DNA from: a virus
Length of the DNA: 64,000 nt
Virus record (IMG/VR): IMGVR_UViG_3300045988_155525
Direction: 5' to 3' (one strand)
Below the pieces are notes generated by a model that worked only from the letters and a program-made list of their open reading frames with translations, ran no database searches and had not been told where the DNA came from. Position numbers and translations under genes: made by a program. Of this stretch, positions 19,508 through 28,740 are shown piece by piece; positions within the stretch are counted from its first letter, which is position 1, and each line of letters begins with the position of its first letter.

Positions 19508-20446
19508 ATGGATTCTAGAGATATAAAAGAGGAACCTAAACCAATTGCTGATTCCAAATATTTAGAAACTTTATATGGTTTACAAAAAGAACTTTTGGAT
19601 AATTATATAAAGATTGAGGGGTTACCCATGTATCCATTGGATATAAATACCAAAAAGTCTCAAATAATATTAAAGGATTTTGTGGGTAGGGTAATTGAGG
19701 AATTAGCTGAAGGTTATGAATCCCTATTAGCCGTAGATGAGTTAACTCAAAAAAATGAGTTATGGGTAAATGAGATAAATGAAGTAGATTATATACAGAC
19801 TTTAAATCATTTACAGAATGCAGGTGAAGAGATTGCTGATTCTCTTCATTTTATGTTAGAGTTACTGATATACTCTAATATCCAACCTAAGGACATAGAT
19901 GATTTCATAGAAAAATACATTAAATATCAACACCACCCTATTACTACTAATGGTAGTGAAGTAAAAGAGTATTGGTATCAACTTTCAGAACAAAATATCT
20001 TAAGGAAGGCTATAGTAGTTGGTACCAATATGATGTATGATAAGTTACCCATAGACTTAGAAAGTAACTTAAAGAAAACAGTAGATTTGGTACAAGATAT
20101 AATTGATGATTATGAGGATTCCTATGAATTTATACATAAGCATGTATTAGATATAAGGTATCTAAGTTGCGGTAGATATTATAGTCATGAGTTATATTAC
20201 TCCTATAAGTATATGTTATGGGAAGTAACATATTGGTTGAATATAGCTAGGAACTTCTTAAAAAATAAGCCATGGAAACAATCTCAAATGATGACTAATG
20301 AATCTGGATATCAAGAAGCTATAATTATGGCCTTCTTAAGTATGATGGGATTATTCTTTAATTTAGGCTTAGTAGATTCTGATATATATTTCTTGTATTG
20401 GAAGAAAAATAAGGTAAATCAGTTCAGGATAAAATCTAATTATTAA
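19508..20446 (+). CDS. All-alpha NTP pyrophosphohydrolase-like protein (MazG / dimeric dUTPase-dCTPase superfamily), putative
   Basis: 312 aa. VIEELAEGYE and NAGEEIADSLHFMLELLIYS resemble the metal-binding EExxE / ExxD helices of this superfamily. The C-terminal KKNKVNQFRIKSNY resembles dimeric dUTPase C-termini. Confidence 0.4.
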   Translation: MDSRDIKEEPKPIADSKYLETLYGLQKELLDNYIKIEGLPMYPLDINTKKSQIILKDFVGRVIEELAEGYESLLAVDELTQKNELWVNEINEVDYIQTLNHLQNAGEEIADSLHFMLELLIYSNIQPKDIDDFIEKYIKYQHHPITTNGSEVKEYWYQLSEQNILRKAIVVGTNMMYDKLPIDLESNLKKTVDLVQDIIDDYEDSYEFIHKHVLDIRYLSCGRYYSHELYYSYKYMLWEVTYWLNIARNFLKNKPWKQSQMMTNESGYQEAIIMAFLSMMGLFFNLGLVDSDIYFLYWKKNKVNQFRIKSNY

Positions 20447-20452
20447 TAGGTG

Positions 20453-21418
20453 ATGGAGCAGTATTTAAATTTATTAGATAAGGTAACTAACCATGGTTAT
20501 TATAAACCTTCTGCCAGGAAAGGTATGCCAGGTACTTATGAAGTATTTGGTGAAATGTTAAGGTTTGATTTAACTGAAAATTTCCCCATATTAACAACTA
20601 AAAAAGTATACTTTAAAGGAGTAGTAGCTGAGTTACTTTGGTTTTTAAAGGGTAAAACTAATATCCATTACCTTTTAAAAAATAATGTACACATATGGGA
20701 TGATGATGCCTATAAATATTATCTAAGGTTATGTAAATACCGAGGTATAGAAGAAGAATATTCTAAAGAAAGGTTTATTAAGATGATAGAATCCTGTGAT
20801 ATTTGTATAACAGGATTAACAGGATTAGAAACTAATATACCATTAATTGATGGTTCTTTTTACCATTATGGGGATTTAGGTTTTTCATATGGGCATCAAT
20901 GGACTTATTGGGAACATAGCTTAAATCAGTTAGAACAGTTAATAGATGGTCTTATCGAAAGACCTAATTCTAGGTATCATGTAGTAACAGCTTGGAACCC
21001 TAATCAAATATTTCCCCTAGAAGTAGCAGTACCCCCATGTCATATACTATTCCAATGTAATGTACGTAATAATAAGTATTTGGACTTAATAGTAACTCAA
21101 CGTTCCTGTGATATATTTTTAGGGCTTCCATTTAATATATCCTCTTATGCTTTATTAAACCATCTTATTTGTAGGCTTACTGGATATGAGCCAGGGGAAT
21201 TAATATGGGTGGGTAACTCCATACATTTATATGAGAATCATATAGAGGCTGCAAAAGAGCAACTAAAAAGGAAACCACTTAATAATACGGCTATAGTTAA
21301 ACTTAAAGAAGAAACCTGTAAATACAAAAATTTATGGGATTTTGAAGTAAGTGATATCATACTAGAAGGATACCAATCCTTAGAATCAATTAAAGCTCCT
21401 TTATCGGTGGGTATTTAA
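20453..21418 (+). CDS. thyA: Thymidylate synthase ThyA (with a ~45-aa insert after the WDDDA segment)
   Basis: Co-linear with E. coli ThyA: [45 protein letters not shown], the catalytic PPCH, [21 protein letters not shown] and NSIHLYENH. The Asn equivalent to E. coli N177 is retained. Confidence 0.85.
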   Translation: [321 protein letters not shown]

Positions 21419-21424
21419 TAAGGT

Positions 21425-22186
21425 ATGAGAAAGAAGATTTTTAATGATTCCTTAGAAGCCTGGGAGAAAATAAATGAGGCTTTTATAAAAGGAGAAAAAG
21501 GTTGGGATATTATTATAAAAAATAAGGCTCTGTATTTATATGATTTAGTAATTGAGGTAGCTAATCCAAGGCTACCTCAAAATTTTGATTTTGGAAGACA
21601 TTTTAACTATACCATATCCAAATGGAATAATCTAATAGGTAATTATATTAATAAACCAGATTTACAAAAAGTAAAATCCTGGGTATCTAAAGAAGAAGAG
21701 AAAAATAATAAGGTATATAATATACCATTATCATTTGATAATAAACATGGTCATGGTAAGAGTTGTTTATTATCTATGGTATTTTCTAGAAGAATGGGTG
21801 ATGTATTACCTTCAGTAGTGGTATTTTTGAGAGCTTCTGAAATTACTAAAAGATTGATATGTGACTTATTATTATTTCAAAGGGTAGGTGAATATATTTA
21901 TGGAGAAGATGATTTTAAATTAGTTATCCATTTCAACCAGGTATTTAATGATGATACTGTATTATTAATGTATGATGTACATCGTGATATCAAGAGTATA
22001 TTGGGTTCAGTAACTAACAGTGATAGAAAAAGGTATCTATTAGAAAGGTTAGAATATTTAAAGAGTTGTAATCCAGATGATATTAAGTATAAGGTACATA
22101 AAAGAGCTCTTAAAGTATTGAGACCAGATTTATTTAAATACCCAAAGACACTAGTTAGAGATTGTAAGTTACATATTACAGAATAG
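21425..22186 (+). CDS. Hypothetical protein, possibly a highly divergent ThyA-fold paralog
   Basis: 253 aa. GKSCLLSMVF...VVVFLRASEITKRLICDLLLF keeps the ThyA spacing Cys-x22-R-[AS]-S-[DE]-x7-D. Weak, by-eye alignment only. Confidence 0.3.
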   Translation: MRKKIFNDSLEAWEKINEAFIKGEKGWDIIIKNKALYLYDLVIEVANPRLPQNFDFGRHFNYTISKWNNLIGNYINKPDLQKVKSWVSKEEEKNNKVYNIPLSFDNKHGHGKSCLLSMVFSRRMGDVLPSVVVFLRASEITKRLICDLLLFQRVGEYIYGEDDFKLVIHFNQVFNDDTVLLMYDVHRDIKSILGSVTNSDRKRYLLERLEYLKSCNPDDIKYKVHKRALKVLRPDLFKYPKTLVRDCKLHITE

Positions 22187-22234
22187 ATAAATATACTAAC
22201 TTTTTTTTATTAAAACCATTAAACATTTAAAAAC

Positions 22235-23023
22235 ATGAGGATTTATTCAAATGGGTATGAGTTAATATCCGAAACTGGTCGTAATTTATGGGAAATGGGT
22301 TCCGAAGTAAAGCCAAAAACTTATCAAAATAAAGTTATAGCTGGTAATGATGATTTTATTACTAAAGAACTTATTTGTGAACAATATTGTTTAACAAAAT
22401 TGGAAGATGAAGATATCTTATTTGTATTTACAAATTGTAAAGATTGGGCTATAGCTGAATTTAAAGAAAGGATTGATTCCAGGAGAATTAACCCTGGTGA
22501 GGCTTATAAATTGAGGTGGGAAATTTGGAATGATTTTTTGACCAATATAGATACTCATGAAATAGGTAGTGATGTATATAGTGTACCTAAATTTGATTAT
22601 ACATATTCCGAAAGGATTAATACAGAAGTAGATTACAAGGGATTAAAGTATCCTAAATTAGAAGCTATAATTAGGTTGTTAGAAGAAGACCCAGATACTA
22701 GGAAAGCAGTATTGAATATATTTGGAACTATAGATTCTAACTATTATGATGGTTATCATAGGATACCATGTTCTATGTATTATGATTTTCTAATCAGAGA
22801 GAACCCAAGAGGAGAAAAGCAATTGAACTTATGTTATCATCAAAGGAGTTCTGATTTTATAACTCATTTTGGAAATGATGTATGGTTAGCTTGGCAATTA
22901 AAGGATTATGTTGCAAATAGGTTAGGAATTAAGCCTGGGTACTTATACCATACTATTGATTCTTTACATGTGTACAAAAAGGATTGGGTGAAATTAAAAA
23001 CTTCCCTCAATAGTATGGTATAA
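22235..23023 (+). CDS. ThyA-family pyrimidine nucleotide C5-transferase paralog (dCMP hydroxymethylase/methylase-like)
   Basis: DPDTRKAVLNIF (cf. DSRRIIVSAWN), RIPCSMYYDF (catalytic Cys), HQRSSDFITHFGNDVWLAWQL (cf. [20 protein letters not shown]) and DSLHVYKKD (cf. DTHLYSNH). Asp replaces the uracil-reading Asn. Confidence 0.55.
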   Translation: MRIYSNGYELISETGRNLWEMGSEVKPKTYQNKVIAGNDDFITKELICEQYCLTKLEDEDILFVFTNCKDWAIAEFKERIDSRRINPGEAYKLRWEIWNDFLTNIDTHEIGSDVYSVPKFDYTYSERINTEVDYKGLKYPKLEAIIRLLEEDPDTRKAVLNIFGTIDSNYYDGYHRIPCSMYYDFLIRENPRGEKQLNLCYHQRSSDFITHFGNDVWLAWQLKDYVANRLGIKPGYLYHTIDSLHVYKKDWVKLKTSLNSMV

Positions 23024-23103
23024 ACACGATTGATAATAATAACAAGGAAATCTATAAATAAATGTGCATTCCATAATATATTAGAGGTTAATTAATGAAG
23101 GAT

Positions 23104-23178
23104 TGAGCTATAGTATAATGGTTAGTACAGGGGATTTTGATTCCTCTAGTCCTGGTTCAACTCCAGGTAGCTCAACCA
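23104..23178 (+). tRNA. tRNA-Gln (anticodon UUG), CCA encoded
   Basis: Manual cloverleaf. The acceptor TGAGCTA/TAGCTCA has 7 perfect bp. The D stem is GTAT/GTAC. The anticodon stem GGGGA/TCCTC closes the loop TT-TTG-AT. The T arm is CCTGG-TTCAACT-CCAGG, with discriminator A followed by CCA. Confidence 0.85.
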
Positions 23179-23183
23179 AAAAT

Positions 23184-23269
23184 GCTCGGATGGTGGAATA
23201 GGTAGACACGTGGGACTTAAAATCCCATGGACAGCGATGTTCGTACGGGTTCGATTCCCGTTCCGAGTA
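23184..23269 (+). tRNA. tRNA-Leu (anticodon UAA), type II with long variable arm
   Basis: The acceptor is GCTCGGA/TCCGAGT with a G1-U72 pair. The anticodon stem TGGGA/TCCCA closes the loop CT-TAA-AA. There is a long variable arm, and the T arm is ACGGG-TTCGATT-CCCGT. Confidence 0.85.
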
Positions 23270-23292
23270 CTACAATTTAAATAATTATTATA

Positions 23293-25560
23293 ATGGTAAC
23301 CAGATATCATATAATAAGAACCTTTAGTGAATTAAAACAATTAATAGAAGCATGCTCAAAAACTGGGTATGCTTCTGTTGACTTTGAAACTAATGCTAAA
23401 GGTATCTATACAGATGAATTTAAACCAACCATATTATCAGTATCCTTTCAAGTTGGTTCAGGTGTAAGTATCCCATTACAACATTTTGATGAATCAGTTT
23501 CTTTTTTACAAAAAAATGATTTATGGTTATCATGGTTACAATATTTCGGTAGGAAAGTAATAGAAAATCCAAACATAGTAAAGGTAGGTTGGAATTGGAA
23601 ATTTGATAATCAGATATTTGTAAAGTATGGTATATATGCTAGGGGTACTGTAATTGACGGTATGTTAGCAAAATATCTCTTAAATGAAGAAAGACCTAAT
23701 GGTCTGAAAGATATGGTTAGGAGATATTTGCCAGAATTTGGTGATTATGAAAAGTATGATAAATTCGATAATATACCATGGGATAAAAAACCATTAGAAC
23801 CATTATGTAGATACGGTTGCATGGATGTAGATTTTACCCTACGTTTATCTATATTTTTGGAGGCTAAATTAATAGAGAAAGGTTTTTATAGTTTATATAG
23901 GCATCTAATAATGCCTGCAAGTAAAGTATTGCAATCAGCTGAATGTCATGGTTTACCTCTAGATAAAGAGTTGAATGAATCTTTGCAGGTAAAATATAAT
24001 AACTTAATAGAAACCTTTACTAATAAGCTTTATTCAATTCCACAAGTAATAAAATATGAAAAATATACTAAAAAGGAGAGAAAAGATAAGTATATTAATA
24101 AACTAAGGGAAGAAATTGAAGAATTAAGTAGTCAAACTGGGAAAGAGAGGCAAATAAAAACCAGAGAACAAAAAATATCCCGGGTTTTGGTTGGGGAATA
24201 TGTTACTAAAGAAGAAAAAGCCTTAGATAATCCAGTAAACTTTAAATCAACCAAACAGATGATTGATTTATTGTTTATATCTCCCAAAGGGTTCAAATTT
24301 CCAATATTAGCTTATACCAAAGATGAGAAGACCAAAAGGGATACTTCCAACCCTAGTACTTCAGAGGATGTTTTGGTCAAGCTAAAGGCTTATGATAAAT
24401 CTAGTTTTATAGATACTTTATTGGAATTGAGGGGTGTATCAACTATAAATTCCACTTTTATAGTAGGATTAGGTAACCTTATTCAAAGTGATGGTTGTGT
24501 ACACCCAACATTTCTAATACATGGTACAACTTCTGGAAGGTTATCATCTAGGGAACCCAATGGTCAAAATATACCCAAGACTATGGTTAACCCCGATGTA
24601 AAACTTCAATTTATAACTCCCCCAAATAAGTTATTTTTAACTTATGACTACTCTCAAGCAGAATTACGAATATTAGCCCATTTGGCTAAAGAAGATACCA
24701 TGCTAGAGTGGTTTAGAACTGGTAAGGATATTCACTTAGCATCCGCTTGTAAAAAATATCATGAAGATTACGATAAGATAATAAAAATCTATGAAGATGA
24801 ACAACATCCAGAACATAAACTTTGGAAAAAAAGAAGGAAACAAGCTAAAACCATAAACTTCGGTATAGTATATGAACAGTCTGCTCCTAAATTAGCAGAA
24901 TCTCTTTCAACTCCAGAAGAAGTAGTATCAGCAGAAGAAGGTCAAGAATTTCTGGATGATTATTTTTGTACTTTTCCAAAGATTAAGAAATTCATGGAAA
25001 AGCAACATAAATTTATGGAGAAAAATGGATATTGTGTATCTTTATTTGGTAGGAGGAGAAGATGTCCACAAGTGTACTCTGAAAAGTATGGGGAATATTT
25101 AGAGGCTTTGAGACAGAGCACAAACATGCCATGCCAATCTGCAGCATCAGATATGGCTTTATTTGCATCTGTTATAGTTTATGAAAAGGTAAAAAAAGGA
25201 GAATTACCCCCAATGGATGAAGTAGATACTGTACATGACTCAGTATATCAATTCATTGAACCCAAGTATTTAACTCCAGATACTATATATGGTATATGGG
25301 ATATTTGTCGTAATCCATCTACTAAAAAGTATTTTGGATTTAGTATAGATGATGTTGATATGTCCATGGATTTTACTGTGGGTAGGAATATGGCGGAAGA
25401 GTTACCCTATATACCAGGTTATGATTATTCAAAACTTTTAAGAGAAGATTTTGATATAAATGAATATTATGAGGAACATAAAAAGACCCGGGATATAGCC
25501 ATTAAAGAGTATCCTAATATATTTAAAGAAGACTTTTCTATGTCATGGAGAAAAAGATAA
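23293..25560 (+). CDS. DNA polymerase, family A, with 3'-5' exonuclease domain
   Basis: Exo motifs SVDFETN, NWKFDNQ and YGCMDVDF. Polymerase motif A DYSQAELRILAHLA, motif B RRKQAKTINFGIVYEQS and motif C VHDSVY. Confidence 0.9.
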   Translation: MVTRYHIIRTFSELKQLIEACSKTGYASVDFETNAKGIYTDEFKPTILSVSFQVGSGVSIPLQHFDESVSFLQKNDLWLSWLQYFGRKVIENPNIVKVGWNWKFDNQIFVKYGIYARGTVIDGMLAKYLLNEERPNGLKDMVRRYLPEFGDYEKYDKFDNIPWDKKPLEPLCRYGCMDVDFTLRLSIFLEAKLIEKGFYSLYRHLIMPASKVLQSAECHGLPLDKELNESLQVKYNNLIETFTNKLYSIPQVIKYEKYTKKERKDKYINKLREEIEELSSQTGKERQIKTREQKISRVLVGEYVTKEEKALDNPVNFKSTKQMIDLLFISPKGFKFPILAYTKDEKTKRDTSNPSTSEDVLVKLKAYDKSSFIDTLLELRGVSTINSTFIVGLGNLIQSDGCVHPTFLIHGTTSGRLSSREPNGQNIPKTMVNPDVKLQFITPPNKLFLTYDYSQAELRILAHLAKEDTMLEWFRTGKDIHLASACKKYHEDYDKIIKIYEDEQHPEHKLWKKRRKQAKTINFGIVYEQSAPKLAESLSTPEEVVSAEEGQEFLDDYFCTFPKIKKFMEKQHKFMEKNGYCVSLFGRRRRCPQVYSEKYGEYLEALRQSTNMPCQSAASDMALFASVIVYEKVKKGELPPMDEVDTVHDSVYQFIEPKYLTPDTIYGIWDICRNPSTKKYFGFSIDDVDMSMDFTVGRNMAEELPYIPGYDYSKLLREDFDINEYYEEHKKTRDIAIKEYPNIFKEDFSMSWRKR

Positions 25561-25979
25561 GTGAAATAAAAGATGATTGCATATCCATAAGATATCAAGG
25601 TAAAATATATACTATAAATATATCAGAAGAACTTTCTATAAATGAGAATATATTAAATACTCAATTAAAAAACCATCCTTCTAATTATGCTTTCCTTTGT
25701 TTAATCAGGGATAAATATATTAGAAAAAGGGATAGGTTGGAAAAAGAGAAAGACATTGCATACAGTAAAGCTTGGCTATTTTATAAAGAGTCAGATAGTA
25801 GGTTAAACAATGATACCGTATCCCACAAAGCATTAACTAATAATAAATATATAACTTTAGAGAAACAGTTTTTAAAGATATCAGATAAAGCAAATAGGTT
25901 AATAAGTATATGTAAGGCATATGAAGCCAGGGAAAGGATATTACAAACATTAGCAGCTAACTTAAGAAAACAACAATAA
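25545..25979 (+). CDS. Hypothetical protein
   Basis: 144-aa ORF overlapping the polymerase 3' end by 16 nt. Helical and basic. Confidence 0.6.
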   Translation: MEKKISEIKDDCISIRYQGKIYTINISEELSINENILNTQLKNHPSNYAFLCLIRDKYIRKRDRLEKEKDIAYSKAWLFYKESDSRLNNDTVSHKALTNNKYITLEKQFLKISDKANRLISICKAYEARERILQTLAANLRKQQ

Positions 25980-25993
25980 AAGTTTACAAAAAA

Positions 25994-26377
25994 ATGATTA
26001 AAGGTATAAACATCCCATTACCCACTAAAGACATTGCTATAAAATTAAATCTTTCAGTATTGGGTGAACCCACTGAAAATAGGGTATTGATAATCCATCC
26101 AAATGATAATGAATATACCACAAAAAGTGGATTATACGTATCGAACCCAGATTCTAATGAGTTGCCTAAAAAAGGTGTAATAATAAAATTGGGACCTATT
26201 ACTGAGGGGTATAAGACTTATATTAACCAATTGATGGTAGGTAGTATAGTTACTTATGGTATGTATGCTGGTAAAGAAATTGAACCTAATTTTACTGATT
26301 CAGAATTAAATTTAGGTAATGATTATAAATATACTGTTCTTTCATTAAATGAGCTTATTTACATTGAAAATCAATAA
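25994..26377 (+). CDS. GroES-like co-chaperonin (Cpn10 / T4 gp31 analogue), putative
   Basis: NRVLIIHPNDNEYTTKSGLYV...PKKGVIIKLGP...MVGSIVTYGMYAGKEIE...YTVLSLNELIYI follows the Cpn10 pattern: RVLV..E.kT.gGi...G.V.a.G...vGD.V.f..y.g.e...y.il...di. Confidence 0.5.
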   Translation: MIKGINIPLPTKDIAIKLNLSVLGEPTENRVLIIHPNDNEYTTKSGLYVSNPDSNELPKKGVIIKLGPITEGYKTYINQLMVGSIVTYGMYAGKEIEPNFTDSELNLGNDYKYTVLSLNELIYIENQ

Positions 26378-26382
26378 ATATT

Positions 26383-27171
26383 ATGGAAAAGAATCCGAAA
26401 AAAACTAAATCAGTCAAAAAATCCACTGAGGGTAGTGGTAAAAAAGTAATAATGAGTACCAGAGAGAGGATGATTCAACGTAAAAAGGAACTCTTGGAAA
26501 GAGGTAGTGGTAGTGGATTACTCTTTCCCAAAGATGGTACTATGAGAGTAAGGTTAATGAACCAAGGTCCTGATAAAGAATTGGGGATGGAGATTATTCA
26601 ATTCTACTTAGGACAAAAGATGGGAGCTATAATTTCTCCTGCTACTTTTGATGAACCCTGTCCATTTATGGAGAAATATCAAGAATTGAAAGATTCTAAT
26701 GATGAGGATGACCAGGAATTGGCAGGTAAAATAGCACCTCGTAGAAGGTATATTGTTGGTGGTACTGTATACAAGGATGAGAAAGGTAAAGAAGTAGACC
26801 CCGATAAGGTTTGTAAACCCATCCTTATCCCCCGCTCTGTATACCAGGATATTATAGACTTATACCTTGATGAGGATGATTGGGGAGATATGACTGATAC
26901 TGATGAGGGTTATGATATAAAGATAAATCGTACTGGGAAAGGAATGACTGATACTAATTATACAGTAACAGCTTGTCCTGGTAGGAAACCTCTAAATCCT
27001 AAATATGTAAAAGAGATGGATTTAGAAGAGGTTGTAAGGAATATTATAAAACCTTATGATGAACTAGAAACCCTCCTTTCAAAATACTTAAATTCAACAG
27101 AAGAAGAGGAAGAAGAGGAAACTCCCAAAAAGAAAAAGGTAGTAAAGAAAAAGAGAAATGGGGATATTTAA
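26383..27171 (+). CDS. Putative ssDNA-binding protein
   Basis: 262 aa inside the replication block with an acidic tract EEEEEEE near the C-terminus. Its position between polymerase and RecA fits. No firm motif match. Confidence 0.35.
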   Translation: MEKNPKKTKSVKKSTEGSGKKVIMSTRERMIQRKKELLERGSGSGLLFPKDGTMRVRLMNQGPDKELGMEIIQFYLGQKMGAIISPATFDEPCPFMEKYQELKDSNDEDDQELAGKIAPRRRYIVGGTVYKDEKGKEVDPDKVCKPILIPRSVYQDIIDLYLDEDDWGDMTDTDEGYDIKINRTGKGMTDTNYTVTACPGRKPLNPKYVKEMDLEEVVRNIIKPYDELETLLSKYLNSTEEEEEEETPKKKKVVKKKRNGDI

Positions 27172-27209
27172 TTAAACATCTGGGTAAATAAACATATCAT
27201 CAAGAATTA

Positions 27210-27240
27210 AACCTTAGTTATTATAACTAAGGTTTTCTTA
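27210..27240 (+). terminator. Rho-independent terminator
   Basis: AACCTTAGTT (27210-27219) pairs with AACTAAGGTT (27225-27234) around the loop ATTAT, followed by TTCTTATT. Confidence 0.6.
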
Positions 27241-27257
27241 TTAATACAGAGAAAATT

Positions 27258-27611
27258 ATGGATAATATTAAGGTAGATAACAATCAGATAGAAGAAGATA
27301 TTTCTATAAATGAGATAATTAATAATGATTATTTTAAAAAATCTCTGGAAAATAAAATTTTTCAATATAATATTAGACCTTTACTTGAATCAGGGTATAA
27401 ATATAAGAGAACACCATATGATAATCTAAAAGATAAGGGATTATTCAATGTATTTGACCTAACTAGGTTATTTGTTCATATAGTGAATAATGATAAGGTG
27501 GATAATTCCAAATCTGAGAGAGATGCTATTGTAAGTTTATGTTTGAAATGTGCTGGTTATACCTATAAATACTTAAAGGGTCATGGCAAAGAAAAAGAAA
27601 GTAGGAGTTAA
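27258..27611 (+). CDS. Hypothetical protein
   Basis: 117-aa ORF overlapping the RecA-like gene start by 29 nt. Confidence 0.55.
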   Translation: MDNIKVDNNQIEEDISINEIINNDYFKKSLENKIFQYNIRPLLESGYKYKRTPYDNLKDKGLFNVFDLTRLFVHIVNNDKVDNSKSERDAIVSLCLKCAGYTYKYLKGHGKEKESRS

Positions 27612-28740
27612 AGTACCCACTATAAATGAAATAACCAAAAGATATGGTTCTTCTTTAAAGATATCAGCATCAGAAGAAGAAGATTTAGGTTTATGGATAC
27701 CTTCTACATTTTTTTCTTTAAACCATTTAATGGGTGGAGGATGTCCATGGGGTAGGATTATTGAAATGATGGGTATGGAGAGTTCAGGTAAAACTCTATG
27801 TGCTTTGAATTTTGCTTATGCTACCCAACAATTAGGAGGTCATGTAATATGGGTAGATGCTGAACAAGCTTGGACTAATGATTGGGCTATCCAAAATGGG
27901 GTAAATCCTGATAATGTAACCATATTGAATGATACCCAGGTAGAAGTAATATCAGATGCCATAGCTGATTTAGCTATATATTATAGGTCAAAGTTAACTA
28001 ATAATGAACCTATATTAGTAGTGGTGGATTCTATGGCAGCTTTGGATTGTGCAGAGAATATAAACTCTAAAATGATTGATTCTAAAGCTGACATGGGGAA
28101 TAGAGCTAAGGCAATTTATAAAATGTTCAGGATACGTAATGAATTGTTATATAAACTAGGAGTTACCCAAATTTATATAAACCAATTACGTAAGAAATTA
28201 AATGCGGGCTTTGGTCAAGATGATAATACTACACCTGGGGGACAAGCTTTACAATTTTATGCTTCGATAAGATTAGCTTTCTTTGGAGGTAAAACCATAA
28301 CCATAAAATCTAAGGGTAAGGAGAGGAAGGTAGGTAGATATGTAACCATAAGAGTTATAAAAAATAAAGTAGCTCCTCCAAGGTCTACTATATCTAAAGC
28401 CCCTCTATACTTCAACCCAGATTATCATACTGTAGGTTTTGATAGGTACTTTGGTTTGGAAGATGTATTCTTTGAAAATTCAGTGATAGATAAGAATAGT
28501 GCCGGTACTTATTCATTTAATGGTTCCAATTTATGTAGAGGAGAAGAGAAATTTAGAACTCTATTAGAAAGTGATGATGGTTTAAGAAGAAAATTATTGA
28601 GATTAGCCAATATCAATACCATCAGTACAACTAAAAAGAAGTTGAAAAAGCTAGAAAATAACCTATTCCCAGTAGATGGAGATATAGAATATGAATCTCA
28701 ACAAGATATAGAAGAGGAGGAAGAAGATAATGAGTACTGA
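27583..28740 (+). CDS. RecA/UvsX-family recombinase
   Basis: Walker A GMESSGKTLCAL, Walker B LVVVDSMAAL, plus INQLRKK and PGGQALQFYASIRL. The C-tail is acidic. Confidence 0.85.
   Translation: MAKKKKVGVKVPTINEITKRYGSSLKISASEEEDLGLWIPSTFFSLNHLMGGGCPWGRIIEMMGMESSGKTLCALNFAYATQQLGGHVIWVDAEQAWTNDWAIQNGVNPDNVTILNDTQVEVISDAIADLAIYYRSKLTNNEPILVVVDSMAALDCAENINSKMIDSKADMGNRAKAIYKMFRIRNELLYKLGVTQIYINQLRKKLNAGFGQDDNTTPGGQALQFYASIRLAFFGGKTITIKSKGKERKVGRYVTIRVIKNKVAPPRSTISKAPLYFNPDYHTVGFDRYFGLEDVFFENSVIDKNSAGTYSFNGSNLCRGEEKFRTLLESDDGLRRKLLRLANINTISTTKKKLKKLENNLFPVDGDIEYESQQDIEEEEEDNEY

Noticed and set aside
20700-20900. The possibility of a group I intron or intein in thyA, given the extra ~45 residues and the CDICITG string
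   Set aside because: The reading frame is continuous and the insert lies where Lactobacillus-type ThyA proteins also carry an insertion. There are no Hint blocks (no TxxH, no terminal HN) and no intron-like structured gap.
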